From Flavobacterium sp. (GTDB lineage: Bacteria > Bacteroidota > Bacteroidia > Flavobacteriales > Flavobacteriaceae): DNA of 64,000 nt. A program made the position numbers and the translations under genes. This document shows positions 28,324 through 38,011 of the stretch, one piece after another (position 1 is the stretch's first letter; each line of letters opens with the position of its first letter). The stretch is taken from positions 196,239 to 260,238 of the forward strand of contig JAIPAM010000001.1 in assembly GCA_021740105.1 (NCBI GenBank), written 5' to 3'. The notes under the pieces are model-generated. The model had not been told where the DNA came from. It did not search any database and saw nothing but the letters and a program-made list of their open reading frames with translations.

Positions 28324-28771
28324 CATGTATAATTTATTGTGCTTGAAACTTTGCAAGTTCTTTTGGAACTTTTAGGCAGTCAAAGATTTTTTGCGTTTTT
28401 CTCCAATATGGAATTTCTGCCTGTTGTAGGTAACCCAGTTTTCTTTAGTCAGGTGTTATTTCGCTTTTGCAAATAGCCTTAAGTTGGCTGGGCGTAGAAA
28501 TTTTACACGGACACTAGTCATTAGATTTAATACAACTTTATTTATTAGGTCTTAGAAAGTTAGACTTATCTTAAAAAATTCATATTTTATTTCATCAAAT
28601 GTAATTTCTTGAATTAACTTGTAGATGTTGAAAAAAGATTTGAGTTATTGAATAATGACATTATTTTCATGTTATAGTAAAATTTAACAATAAGCATGGC
28701 TTTCCTCTATATTAATAGTAAGAATTTAACAGATTGTTCTTTTTGTAAAATCGGGGATTCTTTAAATTGTC

Positions 28772-28809
28772 TTTACACCTGACCCGTTTTGAAAACGGGT
28801 CAGGTGTTT
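28772..28809. repeat. REP-like perfect palindrome, right copy
   Basis: ACACCTGACCCGTTTT-G-AAAACGGGTCAGGTGT, 16-bp perfect arms (28775-28807). Confidence 0.85.
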
Positions 28810-28811
28810 AT

Positions 28812-28968
28812 GGCGCGTGAGGGAGTACTTCACTATACTTTTATTTTAATTGGAGTTCAGTGAATTTCATTTGAAGCGAAAAGCCCACAGCAAAGTGGAA
28901 CGCAGTGGAACTTTGCGAGGACTTGTAGCGGAAAGCCCGACCCGGAGTTTTTACGGAGGGGCACGCCC
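28812..28968. repeat. GC-rich composite REP/MITE-like element
   Basis: GGCGCGTG...CACGCCC ends; internal direct repeat AGCGxAAAGCCC (about 28875 and 28927); CAAAG/CTTTG inner stem. Confidence 0.6.
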
Positions 28969-29044
28969 AAAAAAAAGGCCGCTTGCAAAATAAAATATCG
29001 GATAAATCGTTTATTCTGTACGAGGAAAATTGGTCTAAATCCAT

Positions 29045-29052
29045 TATATTTG
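29045..29052 (+). promoter_or_regulatory. -7 promoter box (TATATTTG) of asnS
   Basis: Exact TAnnTTTG upstream of ATG 29096. Confidence 0.55.
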
Positions 29053-29095
29053 CAACTATAATTAGGTTTATTTTAATATTATTAGATTTTCAAAG

Positions 29096-30529
29096 ATGAA
29101 ACATACCAAGGTTAAAGATTTATTGAATAGCTCCCAAACGTTGCAGGAAGTGAATGCCAAAGGATGGGTGCGCACGTTTAGAAACAATCAGTTTATTGCA
29201 TTAAATGACGGTTCGACTATAAATAATATTCAGTGTGTAGTTGATTTTGAAAATACCCCAGAGGAAACCTTAAAGCGCATTACTACTGGAGCGGCAGTTT
29301 CAGTAACGGGTACTTTAGTGGAAAGCCAAGGTGCCGGACAAAAATTTGAAATTCAAGTTATAAAACTTGAAATCTTAGGCGACTCGGATGCGGAGAAATT
29401 CCCAATGCAACCTAAGAAACATTCCTTAGAATTTTTGCGTGAGAATGCGCATTTAAGAGTGCGTACCAATGCTTTTGGAGCGATTATGAGAGTGCGTTCG
29501 GTATTGTCGTTTGCGGTTCATAATTATTTTCAAAACAACGGTTTTGTCTATGTAAATACCCCAATCATTACCGGTTCGGATGCGGAAGGCGCGGGAGAAA
29601 TGTTTAAAGTTACGGCTTTACCATTTGAAAATACACCAAAAACAGAAGACGGAAAAATAAATTATAAAGAAGACTTTTTTGGCAAAGAAACCAACTTAAC
29701 GGTTTCGGGCCAATTGGAAGCAGAAACCTACGCGATGGCTTTAGGTCAGGTTTATACTTTTGGACCTACATTTCGTGCTGAAAACTCCAACACGTCGCGT
29801 CACTTGGCCGAGTTTTGGATGATTGAGCCGGAAGTGGCGTTCAATGATTTGAGTGACAACATGGACTTGGCAGAAGATTTTATCCAGTATGTAATTAAAT
29901 ACACCATGGATAAATGCCAAGACGATTTGAAATTTCTTGAAGGTCGTTTAATCGATGAGGAAAAAGTAAAACCGCAAGCAGAACGTAGTGAAATGGCGCT
30001 ATTAGAGAAATTGAATTTTGTATTAGAAAACAATTTCAAGCGCGTTTCTTATACTGAAGCGATTGATATTTTAAGAAATAGCAAGCCGAATAAAAATAAG
30101 AAATTCAATTATATCATTGACGAATGGGGCGCTGATTTACAATCGGAGCACGAGCGTTATTTGGTAGAAAAACACTTTAAATGCCCAGTAATTCTTTACG
30201 ATTATCCAGCGAATATTAAGGCATTTTACATGCGATTGAATGAAGATGGAAAAACCGTTCGCGCCATGGACATTTTATTCCCAGGAATTGGCGAAATCGT
30301 GGGCGGATCGCAAAGAGAAGAGCGCTACGAAGTATTGGTCGAAAAAATGAAAGTGCTTGGAATAGACGAGGAAGAATTATGGTGGTACTTGGATACCCGC
30401 AGATTTGGAAGCGCCGTTCACTCTGGATTTGGACTTGGTTTTGAAAGATTGGTGCTGTTTGTAACGGGTATGACCAATATTCGAGATGTGATTCCTTTCC
30501 CAAGAACTCCTGGAAGTGCAGAATTCTAA
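29096..30529 (+). CDS. asnS: Asparagine--tRNA ligase
   Basis: [53 protein letters not shown]. Confidence 0.97.
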   Translation: MKHTKVKDLLNSSQTLQEVNAKGWVRTFRNNQFIALNDGSTINNIQCVVDFENTPEETLKRITTGAAVSVTGTLVESQGAGQKFEIQVIKLEILGDSDAEKFPMQPKKHSLEFLRENAHLRVRTNAFGAIMRVRSVLSFAVHNYFQNNGFVYVNTPIITGSDAEGAGEMFKVTALPFENTPKTEDGKINYKEDFFGKETNLTVSGQLEAETYAMALGQVYTFGPTFRAENSNTSRHLAEFWMIEPEVAFNDLSDNMDLAEDFIQYVIKYTMDKCQDDLKFLEGRLIDEEKVKPQAERSEMALLEKLNFVLENNFKRVSYTEAIDILRNSKPNKNKKFNYIIDEWGADLQSEHERYLVEKHFKCPVILYDYPANIKAFYMRLNEDGKTVRAMDILFPGIGEIVGGSQREERYEVLVEKMKVLGIDEEELWWYLDTRRFGSAVHSGFGLGFERLVLFVTGMTNIRDVIPFPRTPGSAEF

Positions 30530-30533
30530 AAAA

Positions 30534-30600
30534 TTGTTTGAAGTTTAAAGTTGTTTAAAATGCTGCAACATTAAACTTTAAGCATTAAACTTTTAAACAA
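30534..30600. repeat. Inverted heptamer arrays (GTTTAAA left / TTTAAAC right)
   Basis: GTTTGAA,GTTTAAA,GTTTAAA facing ATTAAAC,TTTAAGC,ATTAAAC,TTTAAAC. Confidence 0.65.
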
Positions 30601-30604
30601 TAAA

Positions 30605-32068
30605 ATGCAAAAGCAATTTCTAAGTTTAAAGTTATCTCAAAAATTATCTCCACAACAAATTCAGTTGATGAAGTTAATTCAATTGCCTACGCAAGCTTTT
30701 GAGCAACGTTTATTGGAGGAAATGAATGAAAATCCGGCTTTGGAAACCGGTACTGAAGATAATTATGAAGCGGATGAATTTGAAAATGAAGACTATGACG
30801 ATTATGATGATGCTGAAAATGATCGAATTGAAGCCGATGATATCAATATTGACGATTACCTAACTAACGACGAAATTCCCGATTACAAAACACAATCTAA
30901 TAATTATGGTGATGAAGATTCTAATTTAGAATCGCCATTGGCTTCCCCTGTTAGTTTTCACCAAGATTTAATCAACCAGCTGAATACCTTTATTTTGAAC
31001 GATAGCGAACGTGAAATCGCTGAATTTCTTGTAGGAAGCATTGATGATATGGGTTATATCCGAAGAAGTATTCAGGATATTGTTGATGATTTAGCCTTCA
31101 CACAAGGCGTTTATACCGATGAGAAAACGGTCGAGCATTTGTTGCATGTTATTCATGAATTGGAACCACCGGGAGTTGGAGCCCGCGATTTACAAGAGTG
31201 TTTGCTTTTGCAATTAAAACACAAAACCCCAACAGAATCAGTGGCTTTGGCTACTTCTATTTTGTCGGAACAATTTGATGCTTTTACCAAAAAACATTAC
31301 GATAAGTTGGTGCACAAATTCAATGTTTCAAATGATCAATTGAAAAAAGCCATTCACGAAATAGAAAAATTAAACCCAAAACCCGGAGGATCTTTTACGG
31401 GAAATAATAAAGTAACTGAAAATATTGTCCCTGATTTTACCATTAGAATTGTAGACGGTGAACTAGAACTGACGTTAAACGGCAGAAATGCCCCATTGCT
31501 TCACGTGTCGAAAGATTATCAGGAAATGATGCAGACGTATAAGGTTTCCAAAGACAAATCGAATTCTCAAAAAGAAGCAGTTCAATTTATTAAGCAAAAA
31601 TTAGATTCTGCAAAATGGTTTATTGATGCCATTAAGCAACGCCAAGAAACACTATATGTAACGATGAATGCTATCATGCATTTTCAAGAAGAATTTTTCC
31701 TTGATGGGGAAGAAACTAAGATGAAACCAATGATTTTGAAAGACATTGCCGATATGGTAGGTTTAGATATTTCGACGATTTCTCGTGTTGCTAATAGCAA
31801 GTATGTTGAAACTCCCTATGGCACGAAATTGATCAAAGAGTTCTTTTCTGAAGCAATGAAAAACGATCAAGGGGAGGATGTTTCCACTTTAGAAATAAAG
31901 AAAATTCTACAAAATGTAATTGCAGAAGAAGACAAACACAAGCCTTTGCCAGACGACCAATTAGCAGAAATATTGAAAGAAAGAGGTTACCCAATAGCCA
32001 GAAGAACTATTGCGAAATACAGAGAATTGCTTGATATTCCTGTGGCCAGAATGAGAAAAAAAATGTAA
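30605..32068 (+). CDS. rpoN: RNA polymerase sigma-54 factor
   Basis: Q-rich region I, PxGVGARDLQECL, DISTISRV HTH, RpoN box ARRTIAKYRE. Confidence 0.97.
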   Translation: MQKQFLSLKLSQKLSPQQIQLMKLIQLPTQAFEQRLLEEMNENPALETGTEDNYEADEFENEDYDDYDDAENDRIEADDINIDDYLTNDEIPDYKTQSNNYGDEDSNLESPLASPVSFHQDLINQLNTFILNDSEREIAEFLVGSIDDMGYIRRSIQDIVDDLAFTQGVYTDEKTVEHLLHVIHELEPPGVGARDLQECLLLQLKHKTPTESVALATSILSEQFDAFTKKHYDKLVHKFNVSNDQLKKAIHEIEKLNPKPGGSFTGNNKVTENIVPDFTIRIVDGELELTLNGRNAPLLHVSKDYQEMMQTYKVSKDKSNSQKEAVQFIKQKLDSAKWFIDAIKQRQETLYVTMNAIMHFQEEFFLDGEETKMKPMILKDIADMVGLDISTISRVANSKYVETPYGTKLIKEFFSEAMKNDQGEDVSTLEIKKILQNVIAEEDKHKPLPDDQLAEILKERGYPIARRTIAKYRELLDIPVARMRKKM

Positions 32069-32081
32069 TCTAATTAGTGAT

Positions 32082-32687
32082 TTGAAAAAAATTATCGCAT
32101 TATTTTCCTATTTTTTTCATCCGATATTTATCCCAATGTTCGGTACGCTATTCTACTTTTTAATAAGCACTTTTTATTATACCATCCAGCAGAAATACCT
32201 AATTTTATTACAAATAGGAGTAGTAACGATTCTAATTCCAATTGCGTTTTTCTATTTTTTACGCTCATTTGACAAGGCAGATAATGCAATGATTCCTGAT
32301 TTAACCCAACGGAAAATCCCTTTGCTATTTCAAGGAATGATTATTTATTTATTACTTTCAAATACCATAAAAGAAAGTATTTTACCAGAATTGTATTTCT
32401 ACTTATTGGGAGGTTTAATCAGTACTTTTGTTTTATTTGTATTGGTATTCTTAAAAATAAAAGCGAGTATTCACTTAGTTGGCATTAGCTCATTAACCGT
32501 TTTTGTAGGGGCGTTAAGTGTGCATTATGAGGTAAATATTATTCCTATTTTTGCCGTTTTAGTTCTCTTAAATGGATTGATAGCTACTTCTAGATTGGAA
32601 TTAAATGCACATACTTACAAAGAAATTGTTTTTGGCTTTTTTACAGGATTTTTACCTCAGCTCGTTCTAACTTACTTTTGGCTATAG
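32082..32687 (+). CDS. Conserved hypothetical integral membrane protein (PAP2-like)
   Basis: About 6 TM helices; FHP, KASIH, SRL..NAH motifs; TTG start. Confidence 0.7.
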   Translation: MKKIIALFSYFFHPIFIPMFGTLFYFLISTFYYTIQQKYLILLQIGVVTILIPIAFFYFLRSFDKADNAMIPDLTQRKIPLLFQGMIIYLLLSNTIKESILPELYFYLLGGLISTFVLFVLVFLKIKASIHLVGISSLTVFVGALSVHYEVNIIPIFAVLVLLNGLIATSRLELNAHTYKEIVFGFFTGFLPQLVLTYFWL

Positions 32688-33368
32688 GATATAAAACATA
32701 AATCCAAAATTCAAAGAATTCATTTCTATCGCTCTACCATTTATTTCTGCCGATTTAAATATCGGATTCAATCCATAATAAATATTGAAATTAACCGTGT
32801 TATAACCCACACTCAAATAAGTTCCGTATTGGAATTTATTGATGTCTGGATTTCCAGTTACCAAATAAGAAGTTTGACTGTCTTCATATTTTGATTGTGT
32901 ATAAAACATATAACTCAATTTGAAGCCGGTGTAAATTCTCCAAAATTTATGCGTGTTTGGGACTGAAGTTCTCCAACGGTATTCAATTGGAAGATCGATG
33001 GAATGCAGTGACAATTTATTGGTGTCAAATAAAGTCCCGTCTTGAATAGAATTGTATACCGGTGTCCCATTGTTATCAGAAATCAATATATTTTGATTAT
33101 AACTGTTTAATGAATATCCTAATCCAACAGCAAAGGCTCTGTTTCTAGTTTTATTTATGGGCATATCTCTCAGAAATCCAATTGAAAAACTTGGTGAAAA
33201 CTTATTTTGTGTAATTCCAAGTGGTCTTTTTTGAAGAATATTATAGGTAACCCCAAAATAAAATTGATCTTCACGATACAAAGAATCTACCGCTTCAAAA
33301 TCGGGAACCGACTGCGAAAAAACAGAGAAAAAAGATAAAAAAATAAAGCAATTTATTACAAAGCGCAT
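32682..33368 (-). CDS. Outer-membrane beta-barrel (porin/PorT-like family)
   Basis: Signal peptide; YREDQFYFG, LPIEYRWRT, YYGLNPIF beta-strand pattern. Confidence 0.78.
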   Translation of the reverse strand: MRFVINCFIFLSFFSVFSQSVPDFEAVDSLYREDQFYFGVTYNILQKRPLGITQNKFSPSFSIGFLRDMPINKTRNRAFAVGLGYSLNSYNQNILISDNNGTPVYNSIQDGTLFDTNKLSLHSIDLPIEYRWRTSVPNTHKFWRIYTGFKLSYMFYTQSKYEDSQTSYLVTGNPDINKFQYGTYLSVGYNTVNFNIYYGLNPIFKSAEINGRAIEMNSLNFGFMFYIL

Positions 33369-33439
33369 GTCTCTTATTTTGGAGGTTTAAAGATACAAAA
33401 AAGTTATAGAAATACTTTTATTCTTAGGGGTTAAAAAAC

Positions 33440-33478
33440 AAAACTCCAATAGCTTAATTTATAAGATATTAGAGTTTT
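33440..33478 (-). terminator. Imperfect hairpin, probable tRNA terminator
   Basis: AAAACTC...GAGTTTT with inner AATA/TATT and CTTA/TAAG. Confidence 0.45.
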
Positions 33479-33484
33479 TATATG

Positions 33485-33569
33485 CAGAGAGGAAGGGATT
33501 CGAACCCTCGATATGTTGCCATATACACGCTTTCCAAGCGTGCGCCTTCAGCCACTCGGCCACCTCTCT
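33485..33569 (-). tRNA. tRNA-Ser (anticodon GGA)
   Basis: Acceptor AGAGAGG/CCTCTCT plus discriminator G; anticodon arm CACGC-TTGGAAA-GCGTG; long variable arm; GGTTCGAATCC; CCA not encoded. Confidence 0.96.
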
Positions 33570-33626
33570 ATTTGGGATTGCAAATAACTAAAAAAAAAGT
33601 CGTTAATAAAAGTTAATTGAGCAGAT

Positions 33627-34652
33627 TTATGCTATTTCACCACGGATTGAAGTTTCAAAATAATTTTTGAAATCTTTTGCAGGTACTTTTTGACCTAGAA
33701 GAAACATTAATTTGGTAACGGCAGCTTCAGTGGTAATGTCTTTCCCTGAAATGACTCCTATTTTTTTCAGCAAGGTACTCGTTTCATAATGTCCCATGGT
33801 TACACTTCCGCCGGAGCATTGGGTAACATTAACGATATATAAGCCGCTTTTTGTTGCCTTTTTCAGAAGTGAGATAAACCACTCGTCTGTAGGAGCATTT
33901 CCAGAGCCATACGTTTCTAAAACAATCCCTTTTAAGTTTGGGATATTTAATATTGCCGACAATACCGACTCGTTTATTCCAGGAAACAATTTTATTATCG
34001 CTACATTATCATCTAATTCAGTATTAATTTTGAATTTTTTACTCGATTTAGGTAATAAGAAAGGAGTATTTATTTTTAAATGCACTCCGGATTCCGCTAA
34101 TTCAGGGTAGTTTGGTGAAGCAAAAGCATTAAAGTGTTCCGCATTGATTTTCGTAGTTCTGTTGCCTCGGTATAACTTGTATTCAAAATAAAGGCCCACT
34201 TCTGAAACAACCGGTTTGTTTTTAGTTTGTAAAGAAGCTATTTGAATGGCCGTAATTAAATTTTCCTTAGCATCTGTTCTTAAATCTCCTATAGGGAGTT
34301 GCGAACCAGTAATAATAACCGGTTTAGAAAGATTTTCAAGCATAAAACTCAGTGCCGAAGCGGTATAAGACATGGTGTCTGAGCCGTGTAAAACTACAAA
34401 ACCATCAAAAGCATCGTAATTGTTTTGAATACTATTTGCTATAGAAATCCAATGTATAGAAGTCATATTGGAGGAATCCAAAGGCTTTTCAAAGGATATG
34501 GTTTCAATATCACAGTCCAGTTGTTTTAATTCTGGAATTTTCGAAATTAATTTACTAAAGTCAAAAGCTTTCAAGGCGCCCGAATCGAAATCTTTCATCA
34601 TTCCGATGGTGCCTCCAGTATAAATTAATAATATTTTAGCTTTAGCTTGCAT
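33627..34652 (-). CDS. ansA: Type I (cytoplasmic) L-asparaginase
   Basis: YTGGTIGM, LHGSDTMSYTAS, TGSQLP, GNAP. Confidence 0.94.
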   Translation of the reverse strand: MQAKAKILLIYTGGTIGMMKDFDSGALKAFDFSKLISKIPELKQLDCDIETISFEKPLDSSNMTSIHWISIANSIQNNYDAFDGFVVLHGSDTMSYTASALSFMLENLSKPVIITGSQLPIGDLRTDAKENLITAIQIASLQTKNKPVVSEVGLYFEYKLYRGNRTTKINAEHFNAFASPNYPELAESGVHLKINTPFLLPKSSKKFKINTELDDNVAIIKLFPGINESVLSAILNIPNLKGIVLETYGSGNAPTDEWFISLLKKATKSGLYIVNVTQCSGGSVTMGHYETSTLLKKIGVISGKDITTEAAVTKLMFLLGQKVPAKDFKNYFETSIRGEIA

Positions 34653-35778
34653 CTTCTAATTTCATTTTATTGACTACCGGATTGGCATACATCGCTAGAA
34701 AACTTTGCATTTGAAATTCATCAGAATGATCAATTCTCATTTCTAATCTTCGTTCAAAAAGTGCTTTTTCATCTGCAGTATACAAATGAGAAAACTGAGT
34801 TGTCCCATTTAACTTATCATAAGCGATATAGTTAGTAGGCCATAATTTATAATTTTTGATTATTGCATAATCTAAAACGTGAGCCAATGCTTGAATTTGT
34901 TTATTGGCATTATCAAATTCTAAAGCAATAGCATCCAACTCGGTATCTAATATTTTTCCAACGCTAATATGGATTCTTTTCTTCGGCCCCATAATTCCGC
35001 TTAGTAACGTATTAAAATCTTCATTTTTGGCTTTAACATACACCTCATTATTTGCTTCAGCTATTAATTGAGGCATTTTTAAGGCATCGGTAGGATCGTA
35101 TTCGTAAGATATAGAAATGGGTACAATTCTAATTTTCTTAAAATATTTAATAATATTTTCTTCTTCAGATCCCATGGCAAGCATTTTAATAACTCCTGGA
35201 TGCGTCGCGTCATTTCCATCTTTGGTTCGACCTTCCCGTTGTGCAATCCAAACCGATCTATTTTCTCTCAGTAATAATTGAGCAATATATTCCGACAATA
35301 ACTTGGAGCTTTGTAATAATTCTCTTGGCGGTAACCCTCTTAAAACCAAAAAGTTTCTATTGATTTTCGCCAAGATATTCATGAATGATTTTTTAACCAA
35401 GTTGTCTCCAATTGCTGAGGCAGTCATCAATAATCCATGGTCAAACAAACACCCATTTAAAATCGAAGTATCTAAAATAATATCTCTATGATTGGAAATA
35501 AATAAATAGGAAGTGTTTTGTTCTAAAGTTTCAAATCCAGTTGTAGTTACCCCTTCAGAAGTCAGTTCTATTACTTTTTGTATAGAATGATAAATAAAAT
35601 TACTTTGAAAATCTCTAGTAGAATAGGTTTTTCTAAGTTGTGTTTTCCATACCTCTTCATCCACTCCAGGAAATGTAAATTCCATTAATGCCTTCATCAT
35701 TGGATGGTCCACGGTATCTTTTAAAGCGCCGTTTATTTCAGCGTCATAATAGGGTCTTATAAAATCAAATTTTGACAT
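34642..35778 (-). CDS. Glycerolipid acyltransferase (PlsC-like, HX4D)
   Basis: SNHRDIILD, AIGDNL, IAQREGRTKDG, SYEYDP. Confidence 0.85.
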   Translation of the reverse strand: MSKFDFIRPYYDAEINGALKDTVDHPMMKALMEFTFPGVDEEVWKTQLRKTYSTRDFQSNFIYHSIQKVIELTSEGVTTTGFETLEQNTSYLFISNHRDIILDTSILNGCLFDHGLLMTASAIGDNLVKKSFMNILAKINRNFLVLRGLPPRELLQSSKLLSEYIAQLLLRENRSVWIAQREGRTKDGNDATHPGVIKMLAMGSEEENIIKYFKKIRIVPISISYEYDPTDALKMPQLIAEANNEVYVKAKNEDFNTLLSGIMGPKKRIHISVGKILDTELDAIALEFDNANKQIQALAHVLDYAIIKNYKLWPTNYIAYDKLNGTTQFSHLYTADEKALFERRLEMRIDHSDEFQMQSFLAMYANPVVNKMKLEDAS

Positions 35779-35840
35779 TTACATTTTTATTTTATTCACA
35801 AATGAACGAAATTTTATCGAATTTTATCCTTTAAAAGTGA

Positions 35841-36608
35841 TTAAATCCCAAAAATAGCTTTCGAATTTTCGGTCGTTTTTAATGCGATTTCTTCAGGTGA
35901 TAAGTCATAAAGGGAAGCTAATTTATCGACTACATTCACGATAAAACTGCTTTCATTTCTTTTTCCTCTGTAAGGAATTGGCGCTAAATAAGGAGAATCT
36001 GTTTCTAAAACGAGGTGCTTCAAATCTATTTGATGAATGAACTGATCGATTTTGCCATTTTTGAAAGTTACCACTCCTCCTATTCCGAGTTTCATATTAT
36101 AAGAAATCGCTTGTAATGCTTGTTCGTAGGTACCTGAAAAGCAATGAAAAATTCCAAATAAGTCCTCTGATTTTTCTTCTTCTAATATTTCAAAGATCTC
36201 ATCAAAAGCCTCACGACAATGAATTACAATGGGTAATTTGTATTTTTTCGCCCATTGAATTTGTATTTTAAATGCAATTTGCTGTTCTTTTAAATGGGTT
36301 TTATCCCAATACAAATCAATTCCGATTTCACCAATTGCATAGAATTTTCTAGAAGCCAATTCCTGTTCTACCATTTGCAACTCGTCCAAATAATTGTCTT
36401 TTACATGCGTTGGGTGCAACCCCATCATCAAAAATACATTCTCAGGATAATCGGCTTCTAAAGCATACATTTTTTGGATATAATTTGAATCAATTGCGGG
36501 AATAAAAAAACGCTTCACTCCATTATTTATAGCACGTTGAATCATTTCGTCACGATCCATGTCGAATTCTTCAGAATATAAATGAGTATGAGTATCGGTG
36601 ATGTTCAT
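35841..36608 (-). CDS. tatD: TatD family metal-dependent hydrolase/DNase
   Basis: DTHTHL, GEIGID, IHCREA, FHCF, ETDSPYLAP. Confidence 0.93.
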   Translation of the reverse strand: MNITDTHTHLYSEEFDMDRDEMIQRAINNGVKRFFIPAIDSNYIQKMYALEADYPENVFLMMGLHPTHVKDNYLDELQMVEQELASRKFYAIGEIGIDLYWDKTHLKEQQIAFKIQIQWAKKYKLPIVIHCREAFDEIFEILEEEKSEDLFGIFHCFSGTYEQALQAISYNMKLGIGGVVTFKNGKIDQFIHQIDLKHLVLETDSPYLAPIPYRGKRNESSFIVNVVDKLASLYDLSPEEIALKTTENSKAIFGI

Positions 36609-36668
36609 TTTAATTTTTCAAAAAACAAAGGTACTATTTTGATTGGTTTTGAATTCAATTTACAAATA

Positions 36669-36697
36669 AAATCCCGTTTAGAAACTAAACGGGATTT
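36669..36697 (-). terminator. Terminator after sucB
   Basis: 13-bp perfect stem AAATCCCGTTTAG-AAA-CTAAACGGGATTT. Confidence 0.75.
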
Positions 36698-36718
36698 ATA
36701 TAATTGGTACTCCAAATT

Positions 36719-37936
36719 TTACAATTCGAAAGCCTTTTTAGGGTTGTTATCGCATAATAATTCCAATGGATTTTCTAATGCTTCTTTAACTGCAACTAAG
36801 AATCCTACTGACTCACGTCCGTCGATGATTCTGTGATCATAGGATAAGGCAACATACATCATTGGATGAATTTCAACTTTACCGTTTACCGCAATTGGAC
36901 GCTCAATAATATTGTGCATTCCTAAAATTCCTGATTGTGGTGGGTTGATAATTGGCGTACTCAGCATACTTCCAAAAACGCCTCCGTTAGTAATCGTAAA
37001 GGTTCCTCCGGTCATATCGTCAACGGTAATTTGTCCGTCACGAGCTTTAATAGCTAATCTTTTTATCTCCGCTTCAATCCCTCTGAAAGTTAAATTTTCA
37101 GCATTTCTAACTACCGGAACCATCAAACCTTTTGGTCCAGAAACGGCAATTGAAATATCACAAAAATCATATCCGATTTTGTAATCTCCATCCATCATTG
37201 AGTTCACGTCTGGGAATAAGGCTAAAGCTCTGGTAACTGCTTTGGTAAAAAATGACATGTAACCTAAGCCTACTCCACCATGTTTCGCTTTGAATGCGTC
37301 TTTGTATTCATTACGCAATGTATTGATTGGCGTCATGTTCACTTCATTAAAAGTCGTTAACATGGCAGTATCGTTTTTCGCAGCTACTAATCTTTCCGCT
37401 ACTTTACGACGCAACATTGATAATTTGGTTCTTTCCGCTCCTCTAGAACCTCCTGTTGGTGTTCCCATTGAAGGAACGGCATTTACAGCATCTTCTTTGG
37501 TGATTCTTCCGTCTTTTCCTGTTCCAACAATATCTGAAGGTTGGATATTTTTTTCCTCTAATATTTTTCTAGCTGCTGGTGAAGGTGTTCCAGACGCATA
37601 TGTTGCTGCTGCAGGCGCGGCTTTAACTTCAGCTACTGCTTGCTTTGGTGCTTCAACTACTTTTGGGCTTTCTGCTGCAGGTGCTGCTCCCGATGGTTTC
37701 CCTTCGGTGTCAATTAAGCAAACTACTGCTCCTACCGCCACTGTGTCTCCTTCTTCAGCTTTTAAAGTAATGATTCCACTTACCTCAGCTGGTAATTCAA
37801 GAGTTGCTTTGTCAGAATCTACTTCAGCAATTGCTTGGTCTTTTTCTACATAATCGCCGTCTTTTACTAACCAAGTGGCGATTTCAACTTCTTTAATTGA
37901 TTCTCCCGGTGAGGGAACTTTCATTTCTAAAATCAT
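36719..37936 (-). CDS. sucB: 2-oxoglutarate dehydrogenase E2 (dihydrolipoyl succinyltransferase)
   Basis: Lipoyl domain SDKA, E3-binding [19 protein letters not shown]. Confidence 0.96.
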   Translation of the reverse strand: MILEMKVPSPGESIKEVEIATWLVKDGDYVEKDQAIAEVDSDKATLELPAEVSGIITLKAEEGDTVAVGAVVCLIDTEGKPSGAAPAAESPKVVEAPKQAVAEVKAAPAAATYASGTPSPAARKILEEKNIQPSDIVGTGKDGRITKEDAVNAVPSMGTPTGGSRGAERTKLSMLRRKVAERLVAAKNDTAMLTTFNEVNMTPINTLRNEYKDAFKAKHGGVGLGYMSFFTKAVTRALALFPDVNSMMDGDYKIGYDFCDISIAVSGPKGLMVPVVRNAENLTFRGIEAEIKRLAIKARDGQITVDDMTGGTFTITNGGVFGSMLSTPIINPPQSGILGMHNIIERPIAVNGKVEIHPMMYVALSYDHRIIDGRESVGFLVAVKEALENPLELLCDNNPKKAFEL

Positions 37937-37944
37937 AATTTTTT

Positions 37945-38004
37945 GTTTAAGGTTTGAATTGTTTAAAGTTTAAAGTATTATAACAGAAACCTTAAACTTT
38001 AAAC
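37945..38004. repeat. Inverted heptamer arrays (GTTTAAA / TTTAAAC) between sucA and sucB
   Basis: GTTTAAG,GTTTGAA,GTTTAAA,GTTTAAA facing CAGAAAC,CTTAAAC,TTTAAAC. Confidence 0.65.
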
Positions 38005-38011
38005 TATTTTC

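Noticed and set aside
28357-28770. Non-coding stretch upstream of the small peptide: possible IS end (TAGTGTCCGTGTAAAA on -), a 21-codon ORF, and a start-less frame (NIYKLIQE...)
   Set aside because: No matching second inverted repeat or transposase, and the fragments are too short to assign without a database search.
30605-32068. rpoN implying a local sigma-54 regulon
   Set aside because: No properly spaced TGGCAC-N5-TTGC promoter was found by eye, and no enhancer-binding protein is in the window; asnS-rpoN linkage looks like ordinary core synteny.
33485-33569. tRNA-Ser as a possible integration site
   Set aside because: No duplicate of its 3' end, integrase or foreign-looking block is adjacent; the flanks are ordinary core genes.
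33627-36608. tatD-acyltransferase-asparaginase operon as a novel pathway
   Set aside because: No coherent biochemical link is visible; it looks like housekeeping co-transcription.
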